IMG/VR virus record: IMGVR_UViG_3300044448_004153
Coordinates: 1-26,006 of that record
DNA from: a virus
Lineage: Duplodnaviria > Caudoviricetes
Strand: one strand, 5' to 3'
DNA: 26,006 nucleotides
Of the stretch, positions 18,737 through 25,736 are shown one piece after another (position 1 is the first letter of the stretch; each line of letters starts with the position of its first letter). The notes below the pieces were generated by a model. It saw only the letters and a program-made list of their open reading frames with translations. It was not told the DNA's origin and did no database searches. Made by a program: the position numbers and the translations under genes.

Positions 18737-18872
18737 ATATTATCAAATTGTAGAGGTCTATAAGAATTTAATCAAAAAAAGAACAGAAGAAGGAAAGGAT
18801 AGCCTGCGACTTAAAAAACGGTTGCTGACTATAATGGTAAATGGCAAAGACAAAAGCACACACAGCGTATAA
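18717..18872 (+). CDS. 51-aa basic hypothetical protein (not in ORF track)
   Basis: RBS AGGTGG, TTG start, fills the gap. Confidence 0.45.
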   Translation: METKLVRYYQIVEVYKNLIKKRTEEGKDSLRLKKRLLTIMVNGKDKSTHSV

Positions 18873-19488
18873 GCTAAAAGACGGCACAAGGGCAAAAGGT
18901 GTCACAACTATTCTAAATAACTTAGGATGGAATAAAAATATATTGGTGGCTTGGGCGAGAAGGACCGCTCTGGCAGGTGAAGATCCTGATGCGGTACTGA
19001 AAGAAGCAGGTGCGATTGGTACACTAGCTCATTATTTGTGCGAAAGCCATATTAAAGGTGAAAAGCCTGAGCTAGATGATTATTCCGCAGAGCAAATAGA
19101 AAAGGCTGAGAATGCTTTTTTAGGTTATCTTGAGTGGGAGAAGATGACTAAGCCTAAGTATGAGGCCATTGAATTAAAGATGGTGTCGGAAAAATATAGG
19201 GTAGGAGGTACTGCGGACTTTATAGCCAGAATTAATGGCGCATTGGTTTTAGGAGATTTTAAGACAAGTAAGGGGATTTACCCAGAGATGACAGCGCAAC
19301 TTGCAGCTTATCGGAAGATGTATTTGGAATTGCAGCCTAAAGCGAAGATTGAGTCGGCTATGATACTCAAGCTTGACAAAAACTCTGGTGCATTCTCGCA
19401 TCACTTTGTAGGGAAATCGCAGCTTGATTGGGGATGGAGAGTATTTAAGTGTTGTATGGAGCTTGATAAGTTGAAGAAAGATGCGTAG
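18841..19488 (+). CDS. PD-(D/E)XK exonuclease (RecB/Cas4-like phage family)
   Basis: VTTIL, GT-xx-H, E...GTAD, DFKTS, QLAAY motifs. Confidence 0.88.
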   Translation: MAKTKAHTAYKLKDGTRAKGVTTILNNLGWNKNILVAWARRTALAGEDPDAVLKEAGAIGTLAHYLCESHIKGEKPELDDYSAEQIEKAENAFLGYLEWEKMTKPKYEAIELKMVSEKYRVGGTADFIARINGALVLGDFKTSKGIYPEMTAQLAAYRKMYLELQPKAKIESAMILKLDKNSGAFSHHFVGKSQLDWGWRVFKCCMELDKLKKDA

Positions 19489-20081
19489 TGAATAAAGATA
19501 AGATTATTTTACATTTATGCGCTGATATTGGTAGCGACTCAAAACCATATTTAGATGCTGGATATGATGTAAGAATGATCGGAAAAAATATTGGCGTTGA
19601 GAATTACCAACCCCCCCCCAATGTATATGGTATTATTGCGAATCCGCCTTGCACAGAGTTTTCTTTTGCTAAAACAAATTCAAAAACACCGAGAGATTTG
19701 GAAAAAGGTATGTTATTAGTGCGTCATTGTTTAAGAATTATTTGGGAATGTCAATATCAAATACCATATCCAACGGCTAAAAAAACAAATTTACAATTTT
19801 GGATGCTTGAAAATCCTTTTGGGTTTTTACGAAGATTTTTAGGTCATCCGACTTTAGTATACCAGCCCTACGAATATGGTGATAATTATAAAAAGAAAAC
19901 TTGTGTATGGGGATTCTTTAATACTCCTAAGAAAAATCCAGTAGAATGTACGATGCCAAAATTTGATAAGCTTAAATCAAAAGAAATACATTATATAGGG
20001 AATGAACATTTAACAAGACAAGAGCGAAGAAGTATATCATCACCAGGGTTTTGTAATGCGTTTTATAAGGCAAATAAATAA
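19488..20081 (+). CDS. Short C5-cytosine DNA methyltransferase-like protein
   Basis: Degenerate motif I (LCADIGS), motif IV PPCTEFS, motif VI LENP. Confidence 0.8.
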   Translation: MNKDKIILHLCADIGSDSKPYLDAGYDVRMIGKNIGVENYQPPPNVYGIIANPPCTEFSFAKTNSKTPRDLEKGMLLVRHCLRIIWECQYQIPYPTAKKTNLQFWMLENPFGFLRRFLGHPTLVYQPYEYGDNYKKKTCVWGFFNTPKKNPVECTMPKFDKLKSKEIHYIGNEHLTRQERRSISSPGFCNAFYKANK

Positions 20082-20170
20082 TGAAAGACGAAAGCACTTG
20101 CTGTAATGCACCTATAATTTTGACTGATATATGCTCAGATTGTAAAGAACATTGTGATAAGGAAATATAG
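20081..20170 (+). CDS. 29-aa Cys-rich peptide (not in ORF track)
   Basis: MKDESTCCNAPIILTDICSDCKEHCDKEI; TAATG coupling. Confidence 0.6.
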   Translation: MKDESTCCNAPIILTDICSDCKEHCDKEI

Positions 20171-20292
20171 TGCCAAATAAGGAAAGTAAGAATCGTAAGC
20201 GTTTAAAACGCAAAAAGACGTTAGAGATAAAGCAATATAAAGCAAAGAAAAGAAGAGAGCGCAAGGAGAGGCGCAATGCTGGAGATATTTGA
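20170..20292 (+). CDS. 40-aa highly basic peptide (not in ORF track)
   Basis: TAGTG coupling; MPNKESKNRKRLKRKKTLEIKQYKAKKRRERKERRNAGDI. Confidence 0.55.
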   Translation: MPNKESKNRKRLKRKKTLEIKQYKAKKRRERKERRNAGDI

Positions 20293-21010
20293 GCGCCATG
20301 TTCAAGGAATCAAGCGTGGTTCTAATGGAGAATATAAGGGCATTTGTCCTTTTCACGATGATACGAAGCCAAGTTTTAGTTTTAGGGATGATGGTGTATT
20401 TTATTGTCATGCCTGCAATGTTAAGGGAAATATAAGGAAATTTGCAGAAATGGTCGGAGAAAAAGCCCCAAATTTAGCCAATAAGGTCGTTATTAAGAAA
20501 AAGACATGGCAAGCACCGACTTCATTGCCAATCAAATATTTTGATGTGATCAACGCTGCGATGGACGAATTACTACTCAATTATGATAAATATTGCAAGG
20601 ATCTCCCCTGGAATAAGGATATTGTGAAAAAATTGTTTATCGGTTGGGATAATGGCTTTGTTTTTCCATATTTTGATGCGGTTGGTGATCTGGTGAATAT
20701 AAAATGGCATAAACGTATGCAGGTCAAAGGCCATGCACAGACATTTGTGTATCCGTATTGGCATATGCTGCATAAATATAAGGGGAATCGGACATTGTAC
20801 GTTGTGGAAGGGGAAAAAGATTGTATTTCGATGATTAGTAGCGGTAGGCAGGCGATTTCTTTTAATAATGGGGCAAATTGTACGCCCTCAAGTGACTTGA
20901 TTGGTGTAATTACGAGTAAATTTAGCGATATTTCGGTTATTTTTGATGATGATGAGGCAGGCAAGAGGGCTGAAGTTAAGATGATAGGGCTTTTAAATGG
21001 CCAAAGCTAG
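20276..21010 (+). CDS. DnaG-type primase (CHC2 zinc finger + TOPRIM), C-terminally short
   Basis: CPFHDD..PSF..FYCHAC; VVEGEKD; FDDDEAG; RBS AAGGAG. Confidence 0.9.
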   Translation: MLEIFERHVQGIKRGSNGEYKGICPFHDDTKPSFSFRDDGVFYCHACNVKGNIRKFAEMVGEKAPNLANKVVIKKKTWQAPTSLPIKYFDVINAAMDELLLNYDKYCKDLPWNKDIVKKLFIGWDNGFVFPYFDAVGDLVNIKWHKRMQVKGHAQTFVYPYWHMLHKYKGNRTLYVVEGEKDCISMISSGRQAISFNNGANCTPSSDLIGVITSKFSDISVIFDDDEAGKRAEVKMIGLLNGQS

Positions 21011-22109
21011 AAAATCGGATATAGAATTGAAGAATGGGGAAGATTTGACCGATTTTTTACAACGAAATGGCGAAGTAACCGATGACAAGGTGGTTAAAAA
21101 CGGCACAAGCGTGCTAAAAGGCCTTGATATTTGGGATGCACCTTATCGTGAGGTCGAATGGGCGGTAAAGGATATGATTCCGATGCGCAAGAAGACGATA
21201 GCTGTCGGTGATTTTGAGGCAGGGAAGAGTTATTTATACCTGGGGGCAGCGTTGTCGATCGCAGCAGGAAAGACTGGGTATATTGGATTTGAGATACCGA
21301 AGATGCGTAAGGTGCTGTATGTGGACCTTGAGAATGGTATTGATGAAACACGCTCAAGGATTATGAAGCTGACGGTGGGTCATGCTATTGATAAATTCAA
21401 GTGCGCTGAGAATTTTACGTTAATTACTAAGCCAGGTGATTTTGAAGAGGTATTTCCGTTGATTGAGGCGCAGGTGGAGATACAAAAGCCAGAGGTGATT
21501 ATTATTGATAATTTATATCAGCTTTCTGGGGCAAGCAATATATCGGATGCGGATAAGATCAAACCTTTGTTGCGTAAGATAGAGAAGCTAAAGGGGCAGA
21601 GCGATGCTGCGCTGGTGGTTATTCATCACTTTAACAAAAATACACAGGATCAGGGAGTAACCGAAGAGAGAATGGCAGGGTCAAGTGTGATTAACTGGTG
21701 GTATGAATATTGTTCGATGGTCTGTAAGACGAATGCCGACTTTAGTTTGTATGCGGTGGGCAAAAGTCGCATGGGATCGAAGAACCCTGGTATCTATGGT
21801 ATAGAGATAAACGATCAGCCGCAAGGTGGCGTGGCGGTGGTCTGCGGTGGGTTGGTTTCTAGTGATAAGATTAAGGGTTTGGTTGTGCCAGAGCCTCGTA
21901 AGACGAAGTGGGAACAACACCTGGATAGAATGGCCAATGATTTTGAGACTTACGAGTGGCTTAATGTTTGTGGAGATACCCAGGGTGACAATGTGTCAGA
22001 GGTTACAGCGCATCGGTGGTTGGGGGAGATGGTGTCGGTTGGGATAGTGAAAAAGTTGTCTCATGGGCGCTATAAAAAGACTAAAATGACCTTTTATGAG
22101 ACAGAATAA
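20997..22109 (+). CDS. RecA-family (AAA_25/RepA-like) replicative helicase with C-terminal winged helix
   Basis: Walker A GDFEAGKS, VLYVDLEN, Walker B IIIDN, IHH-x-NK, GSS; wHTH-like end VSEVTAHRWLGEMV..GIVKK..HGRY. Confidence 0.88.
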   Translation: MAKARKSDIELKNGEDLTDFLQRNGEVTDDKVVKNGTSVLKGLDIWDAPYREVEWAVKDMIPMRKKTIAVGDFEAGKSYLYLGAALSIAAGKTGYIGFEIPKMRKVLYVDLENGIDETRSRIMKLTVGHAIDKFKCAENFTLITKPGDFEEVFPLIEAQVEIQKPEVIIIDNLYQLSGASNISDADKIKPLLRKIEKLKGQSDAALVVIHHFNKNTQDQGVTEERMAGSSVINWWYEYCSMVCKTNADFSLYAVGKSRMGSKNPGIYGIEINDQPQGGVAVVCGGLVSSDKIKGLVVPEPRKTKWEQHLDRMANDFETYEWLNVCGDTQGDNVSEVTAHRWLGEMVSVGIVKKLSHGRYKKTKMTFYETE

Positions 22110-22126
22110 GCGTTTGGGGGAGGGCG

Positions 22127-22255
22127 TGATAGTTTTGATAGTTTTGATAGTTTGGGGCTTGAAACTATCAATACTATCAATAATAAACCCCCTTCACTCC
22201 CTATTTTTCACCCTTTTGGTAGTAATATAAAGGAAAACTATCATTCAAACTATCA
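22127..22255. repeat. Iteron-like TGATAGTTT repeats; candidate replication origin
   Basis: Three tandem copies (22127, 22136, 22145) and four inverted copies (22162, 22171 with one mismatch, 22235, 22247). Confidence 0.8.
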
Positions 22256-22293
22256 TTACCATGACCCTTTTGATATAAATATAAAGATACCCT

Positions 22294-22641
22294 GTGAAAG
22301 ACAATATAAAAGACCCTTTGAGTAGTATTATAGACAAGTTAGATCTCAAACTAACTGACCCTTTGTCAGATAATATAAAAGAGTATCTAAGCGATAAATA
22401 TCATCATAATCAATGCAATTTAGGTAGGCCAGAGCTTGATTATTATTGTATGTTGGCTTATAAAGATGAAAATGATAAGCTCTTATGTGGTGCTATCTTA
22501 AATTGGTCTAAGCATCTTCAGGTAGAAGGGCTGCGCAAGTGTTTCTTGCTTATGAAGTATGAGCATAAGTTGGCTGAAGCGAATCGTAGGCGCAAGGGGA
22601 ATTTTAAGGGTGCTAATTATAAAAAGGTTAAGAGAAAATAA
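22294..22641 (+). CDS. Cys4 protein with basic tail, paralog of 17440-17604; start uncertain
   Basis: C..C-xx-A-xx-DE-xxx-L-x-CG...V-xx-L-xx-C...RRRK; the N-terminal part reads through the DNA repeats. Confidence 0.65.
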   Translation: MKDNIKDPLSSIIDKLDLKLTDPLSDNIKEYLSDKYHHNQCNLGRPELDYYCMLAYKDENDKLLCGAILNWSKHLQVEGLRKCFLLMKYEHKLAEANRRRKGNFKGANYKKVKRK

Positions 22642-22645
22642 CCCT

Positions 22646-22831
22646 TTAATTGTTTTTTACCCAATCTTCGCATTCTTTTATTTTTTTAAATAGTAACTTA
22701 AAATCTTCCTCGTGCCACTTATCCCACCCCCAAGTTTTTGTATCCACTATCCAATATCCTTCACCAATATATTTAATTAATTCAGCTTGGAATCCATCGT
22801 GAGTAATCTGATCCCCTGTTTTATATTTCAT
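22646..22831 (-). CDS. Small hypothetical protein (SH3-like beta pattern)
   Basis: MKYKTGDQI start; RBS AAAGGG. Confidence 0.65.
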   Translation of the reverse strand: MKYKTGDQITHDGFQAELIKYIGEGYWIVDTKTWGWDKWHEEDFKLLFKKIKECEDWVKNN

Positions 22832-22884
22832 TATTTACCCTTTCTTATTAATTATAAAAATACCATTTGTGAAATAATATAAAA

Positions 22885-23079
22885 TTACCCCACCTCACTT
22901 TCTATAAAGTTTCTTAGACTTTCAAGCCAATCACCCTCTCCACTATCTTTCTCCTTATGTCTTTTAATTACGTCTTGTATATGAAAGTACATATCTTCGG
23001 CATTTGCATACGCATAACCACAATCTTGTAGTATTAACGTAGTTTGCATTATTTCATAGCCTTTATCATATTCTTCCAT
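22885..23079 (-). CDS. Small acidic hypothetical protein
   Basis: RBS GAGGTG; ends ESEVG. Confidence 0.7.
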   Translation of the reverse strand: MEEYDKGYEIMQTTLILQDCGYAYANAEDMYFHIQDVIKRHKEKDSGEGDWLESLRNFIESEVG

Positions 23080-23081
23080 TA

Positions 23082-23339
23082 CTACACCTCGCTTTCTTCT
23101 TGAAAATAGTATTTTTCAATTAAGATATTTTTCAACTTTTTATCATCAGTATTAGCATATACATGAATCCATTGACTATCTTCACCATTCCAATCATAAC
23201 TATCACATTTTTCAAGTATTTCATGTAATTTTTCGAAATATTTAATTGTTGATTTAGCATTACTTACTACATCAAGCGCACTCTTTGATGTCATATCAAA
23301 ATAGGCTTTTACAAAAAACGAATTATGTAATTCCATCAC
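23082..23339 (-). CDS. Small hypothetical protein
   Basis: Coupled start within a junction box; ends ESEV. Confidence 0.7.
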   Translation of the reverse strand: MMELHNSFFVKAYFDMTSKSALDVVSNAKSTIKYFEKLHEILEKCDSYDWNGEDSQWIHVYANTDDKKLKNILIEKYYFQEESEV

Positions 23340-23527
23340 TTCACCTCACTTTCTAATATTAATGCACCATCAAGTTCATATCCACTACTACCTTTAGCGT
23401 GAAGATTAGCAGTTTGCAACCATTGATTATCGCTAGTATCTGCACCTGTTTCTAATAATACTCCATAGTCTAAATGCTCTTTTGGTATTTGATTAAGTTT
23501 ATCAATTAGTTCTTTTATAGTCATCAC
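23336..23527 (-). CDS. Small hypothetical protein
   Basis: MTIKELIDKL start, common in phage proteins; ends ESEVK. Confidence 0.7.
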   Translation of the reverse strand: MMTIKELIDKLNQIPKEHLDYGVLLETGADTSDNQWLQTANLHAKGSSGYELDGALILESEVK

Positions 23528-23739
23528 TCCACCTCACTTTCTTTTATTAACTCAACTTGCTCGTTATCATATAAAGTCCAATCTACCTGATCTTTATGTT
23601 CACTACCTTCATTCCAAGCGCTTATGCCTTTCATCGCAGCCGAATTCTCGATATAATAACATCTACCCTTTATAGTGATATATAAAGAACAATCACTCCG
23701 AATATCGACTTTAATATCCTCATGCTTTATTAATGTCAT
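23524..23739 (-). CDS. Small hypothetical protein
   Basis: ATG 23739 has RBS GAGGA (ORF track starts at 23751); ends ESEVE. Confidence 0.7.
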   Translation of the reverse strand: MTLIKHEDIKVDIRSDCSLYITIKGRCYYIENSAAMKGISAWNEGSEHKDQVDWTLYDNEQVELIKESEVE

Positions 23740-24037
23740 TGCTTTCCTCACTTTCTTTAATTAGTTGTTTTAAATCAGCGCGTTTTAATAATTCACATAA
23801 GTAATTATCGTTACCATCATCACTAACTGCCCCTTCCATATTCATCTGTAATGAAGCGCCATTAAAACATACAGGAGTTTCTTCGTCTAAATCTCCAGAG
23901 ATACATAGCCCTGCCCCATCTTTTATTGGAACAAGTCCTGCATATATGTGAATCCTATCTCTAAAAATCCAAATTAATTGCTCAAGATTTTCTAAAGTTA
24001 GTTTGTTTGATAATTCAGCAGTTTCGGTTCTTGTCAT
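23720..24037 (-). CDS. Acidic hypothetical protein
   Basis: RBS AAAGGG; LIKESEE near the C-terminus. Confidence 0.7.
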   Translation of the reverse strand: MTRTETAELSNKLTLENLEQLIWIFRDRIHIYAGLVPIKDGAGLCISGDLDEETPVCFNGASLQMNMEGAVSDDGNDNYLCELLKRADLKQLIKESEESNDINKA

Positions 24038-24101
24038 TTTCTTACCCTTTCTTATTAATTATAAAAATACCCTTTTTAAAATAATATAAAGATGAATTGC
24101 T

Positions 24102-24230
24102 CTATTTGCGCCTAATCTTCATTTTTACATAGGTAGTTATTGCTGATAATCCACTTATTGTGAATATCATGTGTATTAATCCGTGTGGTTCTCCACATAG
24201 GCCTAGTAAATGTTTTATAGTTTCAATCAC
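24102..24230 (-). CDS. 42-aa membrane peptide (not in ORF track)
   Basis: GTG start in a junction box; MIETIKHLLGLCGEPHGLIHMIFTISGLSAITTYVKMKIRRK. Confidence 0.6.
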   Translation of the reverse strand: MIETIKHLLGLCGEPHGLIHMIFTISGLSAITTYVKMKIRRK

Positions 24231-24418
24231 TCCACCTCAAGGTTAAAATGCGTTTGCTTTCTCCTGTAATCATCACCAACTTCACCAACAGGTTTGACCT
24301 TCCAACTAAAATCTAGCTCTATCCTATCAATCTCCTCATCGAGTTTATCTGTATCCACAACAAATATATGCTCTACAAATTCAGTTACAAATATTCTTGT
24401 TTTATCTTTAGCCATCAC
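24227..24418 (-). CDS. Small acidic hypothetical protein
   Basis: Coupled start; ends LEVE. Confidence 0.7.
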   Translation of the reverse strand: MMAKDKTRIFVTEFVEHIFVVDTDKLDEEIDRIELDFSWKVKPVGEVGDDYRRKQTHFNLEVE

Positions 24419-24720
24419 TCCACCTCACTTTCACGCTCTAGTTCAGCATAAGATATTTCAGAACCCTTAGAACAGCTTACGCAAACAGCCACGCAACCAT
24501 CTTCCAATCTATAATCACAATCCCAAAGCAATTCTAATGTTCCTGTATATTTATCACATCTATTGCAAGTATTAAAACCAACATCATTTATAATATCGTC
24601 AATTTCAGATTTACTTGTTTTATTGGTTATTAATCCACCTCTGAGTAGTTCTTTTTTACATTCCTCAAAGCTGTACATATCATTTGTGTGTTCGTGTATC
24701 ATTTTACTTTTTCCTTTCAT
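24415..24720 (-). CDS. Hypothetical protein with CxxC...CxxC zinc finger
   Basis: CNRC...CVSC; ends ESEVE; real start probably the second Met, after GAAAGGA. Confidence 0.7.
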   Translation of the reverse strand: MKGKSKMIHEHTNDMYSFEECKKELLRGGLITNKTSKSEIDDIINDVGFNTCNRCDKYTGTLELLWDCDYRLEDGCVAVCVSCSKGSEISYAELERESEVE

Positions 24721-24827
24721 TGTTATTAAAAATCTTTTGACCCTGTCTCTAAAAATATAAATGACCCTGCCATCTTAAATATAAAGATCAGTTATTACCC
24801 TTTGTTAAATAATATAAAGATCAGTTA

Positions 24828-24932
24828 TTAATAATAGGTTTTAACTTTTAAGCCATTATTCCAAGCAATAGTAATATTTTTAGCTCTTGGATATAGTATT
24901 TTAATTAATAGTTTTATAATAAATAATCGCAT
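24828..24932 (-). CDS. 34-aa hypothetical peptide (not in ORF track)
   Basis: MRLFIIKLLIKILYPRAK...; co-oriented, but no clear RBS. Confidence 0.35.
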   Translation of the reverse strand: MRLFIIKLLIKILYPRAKNITIAWNNGLKVKTYY

Positions 24933-24944
24933 ATAGATCTTTGT

Positions 24945-25034
24945 TTAAATGTTGAAAAAAACCATTATAAATAGCCATGTACATATAATAAATACTAGCG
25001 TAATAAACTCTTGAAATAGTCTAAGTTTGTCCAT
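24945..25034 (-). CDS. 29-aa membrane peptide (not in ORF track)
   Basis: RBS AAAGGGA; MDKLRLFQEFITLVFIICTWLFIMVFFNI. Confidence 0.55.
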   Translation of the reverse strand: MDKLRLFQEFITLVFIICTWLFIMVFFNI

Positions 25035-25066
25035 TTTATTTCCCTTTATGTTCTTTTAATGCTTGT

Positions 25067-25231
25067 TTAATTGCTTTTATATTGTTTTAATAATTGATTC
25101 CATATATAATTTAATTTACTTCTTTGCTGCTTAGTCGCTTTATAGCCAAAATAGGCAACACAAAATAGGTTTTCTTCTTCAATGTAGTGTTGATAGTCAT
25201 AATTAAGATTTTTTATTTTTACATATTTCAT
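25067..25231 (-). CDS. 54-aa hypothetical protein (not in ORF track)
   Basis: RBS GAAAGGA, TAATG coupling. Confidence 0.6.
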   Translation of the reverse strand: MKYVKIKNLNYDYQHYIEEENLFCVAYFGYKATKQQRSKLNYIWNQLLKQYKSN

Positions 25232-25368
25232 TATTTGTTTTTCCTTTCATAGGTTATTGTTTCCAATCCTACGTTAATTTGTTTCCACTCATTAGATTTA
25301 TGTAGTTTCTCGGCTTGTTTTATTCCTTTAAGAGTGTTTATTTGTATTGTTTTGTATTCGTATTTCAT
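25231..25368 (-). CDS. 45-aa hypothetical protein (not in ORF track)
   Basis: RBS TAAGGA; MKYEYKTIQINTLKGIKQAEKL... Confidence 0.6.
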   Translation of the reverse strand: MKYEYKTIQINTLKGIKQAEKLHKSNEWKQINVGLETITYERKNK

Positions 25369-25397
25369 TGTTTTATTCCTTATTTTATTGATCCTTT

Positions 25398-25700
25398 TTA
25401 ATATTGTAATATGATAAACCTCTCATCATCAATTTTAATTAATTCAGTATCTGCTGCAATTTCTTCTATTTCTTTACATTCTTTGCCGTAGTCATTATTA
25501 TATTCTTTTAGGTTGTCGTATTCTGTAAATTCACAACAGATAGCTATCATATCAAAGTCCATAGTCTGTCCTGTACTGTCTTCAAGTTCTTCTAAATATT
25601 CAAATAAAGCCTTTAATCCATAGTATGAAAATTGTGTTTTTCTTGTATCGCTCTGTTTAAAAGCGTCTATAAACATTGATTCAGTTACTTCAAGTTTCAT
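25398..25700 (-). CDS. Highly acidic small phage protein, first gene of the leftward operon
   Basis: FSYYGLKALFEYLEELE...DMIAICCEFTEY; ATG 25700 has RBS GAAAGGA. Confidence 0.75.
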   Translation of the reverse strand: MKLEVTESMFIDAFKQSDTRKTQFSYYGLKALFEYLEELEDSTGQTMDFDMIAICCEFTEYDNLKEYNNDYGKECKEIEEIAADTELIKIDDERFIILQY

Positions 25701-25736
25701 GTCAATTCCTTTCATTTAATTATGCATGATAGTTAA

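Larger units (their letters stand above)
22891..24432 (-). repeat. Gene-junction box GAAAGTGAGGTGGAGTGATG, 7 full or partial copies
   Basis: Plus-strand copies at 22891-22902, 23085-23096, 23334-23353, 23522-23541, 23746-23755, 24226-24239, 24413-24432. Confidence 0.9.
22210..24818 (+). repeat. Dispersed bipartite motif ACCCT-N9-AATATAAA, 13 copies
   Basis: Exact at 22210, 22264, 22289, 22358, 24069, 24740, 24764, 24797; 1-2 mismatches at 22313, 22837, 22862, 23665, 24044. Confidence 0.9.

Noticed and set aside
20992-20998. T_TTA_AAT -1 slippery heptamer at the primase end as the fusion mechanism
   Set aside because: The -1 frame hits TAG within about 10 codons; the helicase is in the +1 frame.
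293-22047. Antisense and alternate-frame ORFs in the track (e.g. 293-502, 674-940, 5558-5842, 10664-11005, 17134-17502, 20581-20964, 21826-22047)
   Set aside because: Nested in or opposite well-supported genes, with no RBS or motifs; shadow ORFs.
20276-22900. G-to-C skew switch near 22160 as proof of an origin
   Set aside because: It is confounded by convergent gene orientation, and its direction is not the one expected at a bidirectional origin.
22210-24818. TTTATATT (minus strand) as an archaeal TATA box implying an archaeal host
   Set aside because: Lysozyme-like endolysin, DnaG-type primase, SSB with a DLPF tail and sigma70-like promoters favour a bacterial host.
22210-24830. Repeats as a CRISPR or mini-CRISPR array
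   Set aside because: The unit is two short half-sites around a variable 9-nt core, with no 25-45 nt unique spacers at regular period and no cas operon; the RecB/Cas4-like gene is a common stand-alone phage nuclease.
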